This document shows positions 43,494-51,288 of a stretch of DNA of 64,000 nucleotides, one piece after another. The number at the start of each line of letters is the position of its first letter. The stretch's first letter is position 1. Position numbers and translations under genes: made by a program. The notes under the pieces were generated by a model. That model was not told the origin of the DNA. It did not search any database and was given only the letters and a program-made list of their open reading frames with translations. The stretch comes from a virus: IMG/VR virus record IMGVR_UViG_3300037634_005704, positions 1 to 64,000 of that record. One strand, given 5' to 3'.

Positions 43494-43496
43494 ATG
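43478..43496 (+). promoter_or_regulatory. junction element copy 4, GGGGGAGGGGGTATGAATG
   Basis: 18/19 match to copies 1-3. Its first ATG (43490) starts ORF 43490..43732, and its TGA stops the upstream ORF. Confidence 0.7.
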
Positions 43497-43732
43497 ACCT
43501 CGATGAACTAACACCCGAACAAAAGAGAGCTACTGCACTATTAGTAGGTGAGGAGATAGCTCTGTGCATTCATGCATTAGGAACAACATCAAAATTTCTC
43601 TCACCAAGAGACGGACCTACGCAGACAACCCAAGCGAGTCTATGCGCCAAGTTGAAAAACATCCTAGACAATCCAGGTAAAGAACATCCATTTGCAAAAC
43701 CAAGAGTCATGCCGTGGCTCAAAGAACTATGA
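43490..43732 (+). CDS. hypothetical protein (80 aa)
   Basis: ORF track; ATGA coupling. Confidence 0.55.
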   Translation: MNDLDELTPEQKRATALLVGEEIALCIHALGTTSKFLSPRDGPTQTTQASLCAKLKNILDNPGKEHPFAKPRVMPWLKEL

Positions 43733-43899
43733 CCAATAGACAACTCAAAGAGAAACTATCTAAGCTCTCTGATGAACAATTAGATCAACCCTGTACTTTA
43801 TATGACACTGTTTATGGTAGTCATCTTAAGGTAAAGGACGTCATTTATGCCGATGAGGAGGATCTAATGCCAAAAGGCTTCCCTCTTATCTCTTACTGA
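43729..43899 (+). CDS. hypothetical protein (56 aa from ATG 43729)
   Basis: Track ORF begins at GTG 43714. The ATG at 43729 gives ATGA coupling with the upstream stop. Confidence 0.5.
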   Translation: MTNRQLKEKLSKLSDEQLDQPCTLYDTVYGSHLKVKDVIYADEEDLMPKGFPLISY

Positions 43900-43932
43900 C
43901 CCCGCCACCACTGCCAAAGCCCTGGAACTGTT

Positions 43933-44196
43933 ATGGATCATCCTGAACTAAATACTAATTTCCTCAATGTATTACGTGAAGAGGCAGAGGTAGCGTTGAA
44001 GAATGGGGACAAAGAGACAGCGCAAGCACTCTATAAGTCTCTAATTCGCCTGTCGTTTCCAGTAGTTGAAGCCGAAGTCAAGGAGAACCCTGAGATCATT
44101 GTAGCCATCATGGCAGAAGCATGTCAGGAAGGCACAGCAGGGCAAGCCGCACAAATAGTTCTCGATCACTTGCACAAGAAAGGACTGGTCAAATGA
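43933..44196 (+). CDS. hypothetical helical protein (87 aa)
   Basis: ORF track. Confidence 0.55.
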   Translation: MDHPELNTNFLNVLREEAEVALKNGDKETAQALYKSLIRLSFPVVEAEVKENPEIIVAIMAEACQEGTAGQAAQIVLDHLHKKGLVK

Positions 44197-44432
44197 CGCC
44201 GACAAAAGAACTCAAAGCAAAGCTTCAACCTCTCTTTACTGAGAACAATTCTCAATTAATTTGTGAAGCTTGGGACATCAATCCCGATGAATTAGAGAAC
44301 TATATCTGTATCAATTCATTAACCACATCTAGTCAAGCATCAACCCTCGAAACTATAGTAAACACAGGCGCACCAAACGGATTCAACCCCCAAAGGAGTC
44401 GCCATCACCACAATCTAACCAGCTTTGGTTAA
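44193..44432 (+). CDS. hypothetical protein (79 aa from ATG 44193)
   Basis: Track ORF 44121..44432 trimmed to the ATGA-coupled ATG. Confidence 0.5.
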   Translation: MTPTKELKAKLQPLFTENNSQLICEAWDINPDELENYICINSLTTSSQASTLETIVNTGAPNGFNPQRSRHHHNLTSFG

Positions 44433-44436
44433 AACT

Positions 44437-44973
44437 ATGCACACCGACCCTACCACTTCCGAAACCGAGATCGAAGATCTTCTAAACAAACTCAAAAGAC
44501 AGGGCTACGAAGTTAAAGACACAGATAGCCCAACCATCCCAGTTGAGAACTTTGTAAAGCCAGGACTAAGACAGAATCTGCCACCAACAGTAGAAGGTAA
44601 GACGACTCAACCTGGCACTCAAGAAATAGATCCTATTGAGCATAATTACTCACTACTAAGGCAACTTAGAGATCTAACCGACGAGATCAATGCTTGCCAG
44701 ACAATTGTCGATTCAATTAAGAGCGAGCTTAAGCCACAACTCATCGCACAGAAAGAGGAGGAACCTGATCAAACTGCCTCAATTTGGGACGAAGGAAAGA
44801 ACAAGAGAGTTCTGTTACGTGTATCCAACAGTTATGAGCATCCACAAGACTTACAAAAGAGTAAAGAGAAGCTACAGAAGAAATTAGATGTTCTTAAAGG
44901 ACAAGAGCAACGTTCCATAAAGGCAGCCACCTCTACCATTATCAAAACCAACTACTCAGTGGTGTATCAATGA
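44437..44973 (+). CDS. hypothetical protein (178 aa)
   Basis: Track ORF 44425..44973 trimmed to its first ATG. Confidence 0.6.
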   Translation: MHTDPTTSETEIEDLLNKLKRQGYEVKDTDSPTIPVENFVKPGLRQNLPPTVEGKTTQPGTQEIDPIEHNYSLLRQLRDLTDEINACQTIVDSIKSELKPQLIAQKEEEPDQTASIWDEGKNKRVLLRVSNSYEHPQDLQKSKEKLQKKLDVLKGQEQRSIKAATSTIIKTNYSVVYQ

Positions 44974-45482
44974 GCGTAACCGATCTCAAATACCAACGCC
45001 ATCGGAATCTAATCCTAGATTTTGTGAAAGGCACAGCCAATCAAGAGGACACACAAACTCTCCTCTCAGAAGCATTTGCTTATCCCGATGCAACGATCTG
45101 GAGTAAGCACGAACTGAGTAACCATCTTGCGGATTACTACAAACTCCAACCAACCCAGATAGAGGATTTTATGTCTAACTGTCCAATGGACATCAGAGAT
45201 AGCAAGGAGCATTTAAAAACGCCAATGCCAGTCTTTGAAGGTAAGGACAGCGAGCAAGCTAAGCAACATCAAAATTGCAATCTGGAAGCTCGCTATCACC
45301 TGAAGAAAGTTAAGAGCGCACTAAACTCAGGGGCGTTATTCCCAAAAAACTACGAGACAATGGAGGGCTTTTACCAGGCCTTCGAGCAACGACGGAAAAT
45401 AGAGGAGTGTTATATGCATATCGAAAGGTTTCTAGAGCTGGACATAGAGAATACAGATCTCTATCTCAATCAACAGAAATGA
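44970..45482 (+). CDS. hypothetical protein (170 aa)
   Basis: ORF track; ATGA coupling. Confidence 0.6.
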   Translation: MSVTDLKYQRHRNLILDFVKGTANQEDTQTLLSEAFAYPDATIWSKHELSNHLADYYKLQPTQIEDFMSNCPMDIRDSKEHLKTPMPVFEGKDSEQAKQHQNCNLEARYHLKKVKSALNSGALFPKNYETMEGFYQAFEQRRKIEECYMHIERFLELDIENTDLYLNQQK

Positions 45483-45688
45483 CTCAGCTTTATAGAGTCA
45501 CTTGCAAAAGATGTAATCACACGGAGATGATGGCAGATCTTGCATGGGGGATTAAATACTGTCCCTATTGCAACTCACCAGGCGATCGCTCGGATTACTA
45601 CATCAATCGGAAAAGATTCTCTCGACTTCGAAAGAGAATATCAAAACTCCGGCAAGTCCTAAGAAGCATTTGGCTCTTTGGACTCTAA
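45479..45688 (+). CDS. zinc-ribbon protein (69 aa)
   Basis: CKRCNHTEMMADLAWGIKYCPYCNSPG (CxxC...CxxC). ATGA coupling; track ORF 45407..45688 trimmed. Confidence 0.55.
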   Translation: MTQLYRVTCKRCNHTEMMADLAWGIKYCPYCNSPGDRSDYYINRKRFSRLRKRISKLRQVLRSIWLFGL

Positions 45689-45722
45689 CCTCTAACCACA
45701 CACACACCCACCTACCAAAGTC

Positions 45723-46163
45723 ATGATTAAAGCTAGTAAGCACAGCATCTCTATCCCTCTTACGGATAAACAACATGATTTGTTTAGACGTATTGCAAAA
45801 GCAGATCGTAGAAAATTAGACGATTTATATCGTCTTATTTTTGCTTGCGGTCTTGAATTTTATTGGTGCGAAGATACATTCTCATTTAAGAAAAGAGATG
45901 ACGAACTAACTAATGAAGAGAGAAAACAAATAGCTAAGAATAAGGAGATCAAAAAAGGGCTACGAAAAACTGAGGGTAAAGAACTATATGAATTGTCAGA
46001 TGAAGAGGAGAAAAAATTAGGGTATAAAGAGGTTTGTATGTACCATCGTGGTGGTGGTTATCCCTCAGATTATGATCAGACTAATGAAACGAATCCAAAT
46101 CTTTGTTATGTCTTAAGTAAAGAAATAACAGAGCCTCTTCTTGATAAGGAGGAAGACTCATGA
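45723..46163 (+). CDS. hypothetical protein (146 aa)
   Basis: ORF track. Confidence 0.6.
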   Translation: MIKASKHSISIPLTDKQHDLFRRIAKADRRKLDDLYRLIFACGLEFYWCEDTFSFKKRDDELTNEERKQIAKNKEIKKGLRKTEGKELYELSDEEEKKLGYKEVCMYHRGGGYPSDYDQTNETNPNLCYVLSKEITEPLLDKEEDS

Positions 46164-46582
46164 CTACAAAATTTCCAGGAATAACCTTTATTAAGTGTAG
46201 AGAGAAACTAGGTTTAAGACTAAGAAGAGAACCAAATTTTGATAGATCTTTAACTACATCCGACCTGCTTTGGGACAAACCAGAAGACCAAGAAAAACTT
46301 AGAAGAATAATTAGCAATTCAATAAATGAAACAGAATGGAAACCACATAATGCTATGTGTATGAAAAGGCTATATATAAATTTGTACAGCAAACTAGGTA
46401 AGAATAAAGGACTTCAAGAAACATACAAACATATAAACCCAACTGATCTATTTGAAGACAGATTACCAGAACAACAACGTGCAATTGACTATGTAGTGCC
46501 TAAAGACGATGCAATACTTACAGAACTCCGTCTAATTAGAAACTACCTAGAGAAGTTAACACTACTACAGGAGGTGAAGTAA
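46160..46582 (+). CDS. hypothetical protein (140 aa)
   Basis: ORF track; ATGA coupling. Confidence 0.6.
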   Translation: MTTKFPGITFIKCREKLGLRLRREPNFDRSLTTSDLLWDKPEDQEKLRRIISNSINETEWKPHNAMCMKRLYINLYSKLGKNKGLQETYKHINPTDLFEDRLPEQQRAIDYVVPKDDAILTELRLIRNYLEKLTLLQEVK

Positions 46583-46899
46583 TGGAACAACCTAAATATG
46601 TCTACATCGTTTACATCCCTTATAGCAGAGCAACAGAAGGTCCAATCATAGGTAACCCGTGTCTATCCAAGGAAGCTGCTGCTGAGGAAGTCCTTCGCCT
46701 ACTAAGCATAGAGGATACCGAGACAGTCATCACGGAAAGGCGACATCACAGAGGCGAAGAGATGGCACAACTGCCAGTCAAGGAAGTGGAGTCTAATGAA
46801 ATAGCAGATATAGCTGCTACACGAAAGAAACTAGAAAAGCTGGAACTTGCAGATGAATTAGTCAACCACCCACCCACTACCAAGGAGGCAAAACAATGA
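46582..46899 (+). CDS. hypothetical protein (105 aa)
   Basis: ORF track; TAATG coupling. Confidence 0.6.
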   Translation: MEQPKYVYIVYIPYSRATEGPIIGNPCLSKEAAAEEVLRLLSIEDTETVITERRHHRGEEMAQLPVKEVESNEIADIAATRKKLEKLELADELVNHPPTTKEAKQ

Positions 46900-47240
46900 C
46901 TGATGAAATGAACAAACATTCCAAGTTCATTCAAAACTTAGGTCTCTCAACTGATGAGACTTTAAGAATTGCTATCGAACTTATCGGGTTGCTCAATAAA
47001 CGTGCCGAACTGGTTCTAGACAAACTTATTGAAGTAAAAGATCTTGAAGGAGTCTCTCCTGGTGACTTCGTAAACGTGACAAATTTATTATCCGTCACTG
47101 ATTCAGCTCTAATGATTCTAATCAAAAGTCTCCCCAGAGAACTTCTTGATGACTTCGATAAAAATCTCTTCCCATTAGAACTATGGAGAGAATCAGTAAA
47201 AGAGATAACAGAAGAACAAACTCAACCAAAAGGAGAATGA
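46896..47240 (+). CDS. hypothetical protein (114 aa)
   Basis: ORF track; ATGA coupling. Confidence 0.6.
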   Translation: MTDEMNKHSKFIQNLGLSTDETLRIAIELIGLLNKRAELVLDKLIEVKDLEGVSPGDFVNVTNLLSVTDSALMILIKSLPRELLDDFDKNLFPLELWRESVKEITEEQTQPKGE

Positions 47241-47244
47241 AGCA

Positions 47245-47523
47245 ATGACTGAACTCAACAACATCATCGAATCATTAAAGCTAGAAACACATCAAGTTGA
47301 ACGACTCCTCAAGCTTGTAGAGGGTGAGATCAATAACACCTTCCAAGACTGGTATATGACGAACAAAGGATTAATGCCAAGTGGTGTTCTAGCTATCAGA
47401 TCAGAGCTCTATGATCTAGCCTCACAATTAACCAAATCACTACATGATAATGCTGGTGGTTTACCTCTTTTAAGAGAAAAAGAAATGGCACCAGAAGATT
47501 ATTCGACGGGGCCAAAATCATGA
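47245..47523 (+). CDS. hypothetical protein (92 aa)
   Basis: ORF track; GGAGAA upstream of the ATG. Confidence 0.6.
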   Translation: MTELNNIIESLKLETHQVERLLKLVEGEINNTFQDWYMTNKGLMPSGVLAIRSELYDLASQLTKSLHDNAGGLPLLREKEMAPEDYSTGPKS

Positions 47524-47729
47524 TTGAAACCCATCCTGATTTCCAAGATCGCATTGAAGATATAAACCAAGAGGATGCAAACACTATCCAAGACATGATC
47601 CAAACCTATAGAGAGATGGAGGAAGAAAAGTATCCAAATCACCCACCTTCGGAAATCTTCACGCGAACCCAACACCGAATATTTACCATGTTCGACGTCA
47701 TTTCTATCAAACATAGGAGGCACCCATGA
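47520..47729 (+). CDS. hypothetical acidic protein (69 aa)
   Basis: ORF track; ATGA coupling. Confidence 0.55.
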   Translation: MIETHPDFQDRIEDINQEDANTIQDMIQTYREMEEEKYPNHPPSEIFTRTQHRIFTMFDVISIKHRRHP

Positions 47730-48241
47730 CTAACACAAGAGGAACAGTTGCTCAGAAGAATACGCGGGTTGAAAGAGCCGCAGAACTTCTCGATCAATCA
47801 CTATCAATCCGGTCTGAAGTCGTACAAGAAATAGCTAAAGAATATAGAGTCTCGATACAACAAGCTAGAGCAGATATAAGAGAAGCTGAAAAAGTATTAG
47901 CCCCAACCTTCGATTTACAAGAAGCTCGATATAAATGGCAAGAAATTGATAATGATTTAAAGCTCTGTACCGTTAGAAGTTTAGAAGAAGGGAACTTAAA
48001 TGCCGCTGTTGGATCCACTAAAGCGAGAGTGAATCACTATAAACAAATTAACAAGATCGACCCAAGTGCTACATGGGATAGAGAATTAACCGCAGCTTTC
48101 TGCGATGATTCTTATCCACCTAATCCGAATAAAAAGATCCCAACAGAGAGACTATCAGAAAGAACGAAGAAGGAACCTTTTAAACCTAAAACCTCAGCAC
48201 GAAAATATGACATCAATTCAGTAGACTACATTCCTTTCTAA
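47726..48241 (+). CDS. hypothetical protein with possible N-terminal HTH (171 aa)
   Basis: ORF track; ATGA coupling. The segment EVVQEIAKEYRVSIQQARADIREAEKVL is HTH-like (weak). Confidence 0.55.
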   Translation: MTNTRGTVAQKNTRVERAAELLDQSLSIRSEVVQEIAKEYRVSIQQARADIREAEKVLAPTFDLQEARYKWQEIDNDLKLCTVRSLEEGNLNAAVGSTKARVNHYKQINKIDPSATWDRELTAAFCDDSYPPNPNKKIPTERLSERTKKEPFKPKTSARKYDINSVDYIPF

Positions 48242-48243
48242 CT

Positions 48244-48342
48244 ATGCTCTTACCTGTTCTCTCAACTGCATTAGCCATACTTATATATGGCACCTGCTTG
48301 TACGCCATGTATAAGCACTTCAGCAACAGAATCCCTTCCTAA
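48244..48342 (+). CDS. mini membrane protein (32 aa)
   Basis: Below the track cutoff. Reads MLLPVLSTALAILIYGTCLYAMYKHFSNRIPS. Starts 2 nt after the upstream stop. Confidence 0.3.
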   Translation: MLLPVLSTALAILIYGTCLYAMYKHFSNRIPS

Positions 48343-48345
48343 TCC

Positions 48346-48576
48346 ATGGCAAAGCTTAACCATGATATCCCGCCAGAACACTGGCGAGCAATTGTTCCCT
48401 TCTTACACCATCACATAGGACACATGGAACCATCGCCCCTAGAACCTGATCCTAGAAGAGTCCTCAAACATCTAGAGGAAGCTATCAGAGAACAGTTCCC
48501 TGAAGAAAAGGCTGTTCGATGCTTTATAGACAGTCACGAAGTTGACTGTGCAGTATTTAAGAAGGACACACCATGA
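48346..48576 (+). CDS. hypothetical protein (76 aa)
   Basis: ORF track. Confidence 0.55.
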   Translation: MAKLNHDIPPEHWRAIVPFLHHHIGHMEPSPLEPDPRRVLKHLEEAIREQFPEEKAVRCFIDSHEVDCAVFKKDTP

Positions 48577-48752
48577 CAATAGTCCAGCTATCAAAAGAGG
48601 AAGCTGAATGTGCATATGACTTATGTGTACATTCTCTTTATCAATTACCTGCAACTGAACAAAAGAAAATTGAAACGTATCCAGCCTTTCAAATCCTTCA
48701 GAAATTAAGACCTGAGTTTCTACTCTCTCAAAGTCTATTCTGGAAGAGCTAA
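48573..48752 (+). CDS. hypothetical protein (59 aa)
   Basis: Below the track cutoff; ATGA coupling. Replaces the antisense track ORF 48472..48777. Confidence 0.45.
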   Translation: MTIVQLSKEEAECAYDLCVHSLYQLPATEQKKIETYPAFQILQKLRPEFLLSQSLFWKS

Positions 48753-48986
48753 CCAAGGGGCGGAGCAGGATACACATGGATCCGTAAACATCGCTGCCCT
48801 AGAGAAAGAAGAGTTACTGGTCGGACCAACTGGTAACAGAATCCCTTCAATCTCTAAGTAAACTCGGGTTCCCATCGAGGAGTATTGAGGGTTCCGGAGG
48901 TCGATTCCCCCATCGATCTTTATCAGCTCAACAACTAAGCATGTTCTCGTAAGACCCCAAAAAACCACTCACCAACATTTAGCACC

Positions 48987-49226
48987 ATGAAAACACCCAG
49001 ATTCAAAATCAATGACAAAGTAGCAGAGAAGGACAGAGGTCTATCATTTAAAAGTCCTAATCAAAAGTATGGAAGTTCACTAAGAGAAGGAATCATTATC
49101 AACTGCACTACAAAGAAAAATAAAGTAGGAAGTGCCTACTTTTATTATGACGTGCTGTGGAATGGCAGTAAGAAACCTCAAGAAGTAGCACAACTACGTT
49201 TAAAGCCAATCACACAGGAGAACTAA
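48987..49226 (+). CDS. SH3/Tudor/KOW-like small protein, paralogue A (79 aa)
   Basis: KINDKVAEK...GIIINCTTKKNKVGSAYFYYDVLWNG...VAQLRLKPI parallels the next ORF. Confidence 0.55.
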   Translation: MKTPRFKINDKVAEKDRGLSFKSPNQKYGSSLREGIIINCTTKKNKVGSAYFYYDVLWNGSKKPQEVAQLRLKPITQEN

Positions 49227-49229
49227 GCC

Positions 49230-49499
49230 ATGACTAAAGAAAATGCAATCCCCCAAGCCTTCCAAATAGGAGACTACGTATCAAAGAAGACGAGTGCTAA
49301 ATATCTTGGTGCAAAAAAAGCGTTTTCTCCTCTTAAAGGAACAGTTGTAGACACAAGAGTAAAGCACATAAAGACAAAGAAGGGTTCAAAAAGACAAAGA
49401 GTTTATGACGTAATTTTTGAAAAGAGAAGCACAGCGCCAGAAAAAGATGTAGCATCACACATGCTACAAAAAATTGAAAGACCTACACGTCAGAGCTAA
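49230..49499 (+). CDS. SH3/Tudor/KOW-like small protein, paralogue B (89 aa)
   Basis: QIGDYVSKK...GTVVDTRVKHIKTKKGSKRQRVYDVIFEK...VASHMLQKI parallels the previous ORF. Confidence 0.55.
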   Translation: MTKENAIPQAFQIGDYVSKKTSAKYLGAKKAFSPLKGTVVDTRVKHIKTKKGSKRQRVYDVIFEKRSTAPEKDVASHMLQKIERPTRQS

Positions 49500-49502
49500 C
49501 AC

Positions 49503-49820
49503 ATGAAAGTTTATCGTCCTTGCCTTGGATGCGGAAGTAAAAACACAAAAGTCACAGCTACACAACAAACAAATGGGGTTGAAATTAGCCGTTATATACG
49601 ATGTTTAGATTGTCATTTTCGTTTTCGTTCTAGAGAACAAAGTACAACTGAATCTAAAAGAGCATCAGGAAGCTTTTCTTTAAATACACATCAAATTAAT
49701 CAAGTAGGATTTAATACTCCTCCTTTATCAATAGACAGATGGGCAGAAATTTATAATGTCTCCACTAGCACAATTACTAAAGCTAAAAATCGATTTTTAA
49801 GAAGAGAAAATGCCTTATAA
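49503..49820 (+). CDS. NrdR-like zinc-ribbon plus HTH putative regulator (105 aa)
   Basis: CLGCGSKNTKVTATQQTNGVEISRYIRCLDCHFRFRSRE resembles the NrdR N-terminal C4 ribbon. C-terminal WAEIYNVSTSTITKAKNRF is HTH-like. Confidence 0.55.
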   Translation: MKVYRPCLGCGSKNTKVTATQQTNGVEISRYIRCLDCHFRFRSREQSTTESKRASGSFSLNTHQINQVGFNTPPLSIDRWAEIYNVSTSTITKAKNRFLRRENAL

Positions 49821-49943
49821 ATTAGTAATTCGAGACTTCTTTGAACACTTTGATAAAGGGTGTCCTTATCACTGCTCCAGTATGGCTGAACTCCAAGAGG
49901 CAATCGATAAAGTAGACCCAACGATCCTACAAAGCGATGCTGA

Positions 49944-50204
49944 ATGGTTCTTTACATGGTCACAAAGTGGCAAACGAGAGTAAGCTATACAAACAACTTT
50001 AAAAGATTAATATTGACTAAACAAAATACAAAATCACCTATTCTTCCTGGTAATACCGTTATAGTTTCAGATGTAACCTCTATCTATAATAGTTACCAAG
50101 GTTTTGTTCAACGAATTAGTGGAAACCGTGCTGCTATTCTCTTTGATTATGATCCTTGGGAAAAACTAATCACCATTCCCATTAAGAATTTAAAAAAACA
50201 GTAA
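49944..50204 (+). CDS. KOW/SH3-like small protein (86 aa)
   Basis: PGNTVIVSDVTSIYNSYQGFVQRISGNRAAILFDYDPWEKLITIPIKNL fits the KOW-like G..V.v..G...G..G.V pattern. The start is uncertain (alternative ATG at 49956). Confidence 0.5.
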   Translation: MVLYMVTKWQTRVSYTNNFKRLILTKQNTKSPILPGNTVIVSDVTSIYNSYQGFVQRISGNRAAILFDYDPWEKLITIPIKNLKKQ

Positions 50205-50341
50205 TGTCTAAAAAAACTTACGAAGAAGAACTTCAATACTATATGTCTATGTCTATTCCAGAGCAGATCGAAAACCTAAAAACTTTAGGAAAAGAATTAG
50301 ATGAAAGATTAAAAAAACTTATCAATCAGCTAGATCAGTAG
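50204..50341 (+). CDS. small helical protein (45 aa)
   Basis: Below the track cutoff; TAATG coupling with the upstream gene. Confidence 0.4.
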   Translation: MSKKTYEEELQYYMSMSIPEQIENLKTLGKELDERLKKLINQLDQ

Positions 50342-50389
50342 CAATTTACTTTCGTTTTAGCCGATTTACTTTCGTTTAGGAGGAACCCC

Positions 50390-50557
50390 CTGTCTTTACA
50401 AAATCACATAGAGAGACCAAAGAAAGAATGGACTGATAAAGAGTGGCTACAAGAAGCACATATAATGGTCCACTCTCCTTGGATCACTGACGAAGACAGA
50501 GAATACTGGCGATCTAAAATTACAGAACTGACAGATCACGAAAAAACCTTCAGTTAA
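50390..50557 (+). CDS. small protein with candidate CTG start (55 aa)
   Basis: AGGAGG sits 6 nt before the CTG at 50390. The frame is open from 50342 with no ATG, GTG or TTG before codon 26. Reads xSLQNHIERPKKEWTDKEWLQEAHIMVHSPWITDEDREYWRSKITELTDHEKTFS. Confidence 0.3.
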   Translation: MSLQNHIERPKKEWTDKEWLQEAHIMVHSPWITDEDREYWRSKITELTDHEKTFS

Positions 50558-50736
50558 TCACTGGAGGTTTTACTGTCAGTCTCCTTCTTATCTCGTTCCA
50601 TTTGTTTCACTAAAGTCGCAATAGCAGCATCAACACCAGCCATACGCTGTTCCAAACGATCACGCCAAAAGTTAAGCATCTTTAATCGCCATTTCTGATG
50701 CTCTTCAGGACTCATCCTCGACTTAGCACATAACAT
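50554..50736 (-). CDS. hypothetical protein, lone minus-strand gene in the plus train (60 aa)
   Basis: ORF track; helical and charged. Confidence 0.45.
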   Translation of the reverse strand: MLCAKSRMSPEEHQKWRLKMLNFWRDRLEQRMAGVDAAIATLVKQMERDKKETDSKTSSD

Positions 50737-50825
50737 TGAACCGCTCTCAATCTTGAGTTATTACCCTAATTTTAAACGAAAGATTAACTCCTTATAAAGT
50801 ACCCACACCTAATAAGTATTTTCGT

Positions 50826-51032
50826 ATGTCTGACCCACTCTCACTAGATTCTACACAGGAAACAAGACTAGTCGTTCAAGCACTCAAAATCGAACGCCTA
50901 GAAGAAAAACAAGACGAATTAAGAGAACGTCTAAAAGTTGTAGAGAAATGGGTTATCGGAGCCGCAGCAGTCTTAGCCGCTGGAGTTACTCTTATAGGTT
51001 TTGCTACGAACATTAGCAAGGCATATCTCTAA
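50826..51032 (+). CDS. coiled-coil protein with C-terminal TM anchor (68 aa)
   Basis: ORF track. TM segment WVIGAAAVLAAGVTLIGFA. Confidence 0.55.
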   Translation: MSDPLSLDSTQETRLVVQALKIERLEEKQDELRERLKVVEKWVIGAAAVLAAGVTLIGFATNISKAYL

Positions 51033-51229
51033 TGAACTTTTTAGCAGCAGCTAATATTGATCTCGCCCAGGCCTGGAGTATGTCATGGGGGGAGGGGGTA
51101 CAATTCATCCTTGTCTTGGTAGTCCTATATTGGTTAAAGAAAAGAATCGATCTGTCATTTGCTAAAAAAGCTGCTAACACTACTATTTATAAAGTAAAGA
51201 TTGTCAATGATTCCCATTCCAATATTTGA
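51032..51229 (+). CDS. small membrane protein (65 aa)
   Basis: ORF track; TAATG coupling. TM segment VQFILVLVVLYWL. Contains the partial junction-element copy at 51087-51100. Confidence 0.5.
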   Translation: MNFLAAANIDLAQAWSMSWGEGVQFILVLVVLYWLKKRIDLSFAKKAANTTIYKVKIVNDSHSNI

Positions 51230-51288
51230 AACAATTATGTTAATTATGGGCGTAGCTTGGCTATGGATACTAATATTAGGCGCAACTG

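Noticed and set aside
42488-43496. Possibility that the GGGGGAGGGGGTAT repeats form a CRISPR-like array.
   Set aside because: The repeats are only 19 nt. Spacers are 210, 167 and 556 nt and contain coupled ORFs. There is no palindromic repeat structure and there are no cas genes.
41957-43569. Minus-strand ORFs 41957..42190, 42962..43147, 43098..43325 and 43366..43569.
   Set aside because: They run against a tightly coupled plus-strand train. Plus-strand sub-60-aa ORFs with ATGA/TAATG coupling explain the same DNA better.
48860-48925. Canonical tRNA gene.
   Set aside because: A T-arm-like GGAGGTCGATTCCCCC is present, but the T-loop is one base short. No matching acceptor stem, D-arm or anticodon arm could be folded by eye.
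46081-48968. Minus-strand ORFs 46081..46392, 46746..46934, 46931..47125, 47396..47596, 47499..47723, 47794..48018, 48472..48777 and 48735..48968.
   Set aside because: They lie antisense to well-coupled plus-strand genes, or within the ORF-free structured gap in the case of 48735..48968. Their products are Cys/Ser/Leu-rich junk.
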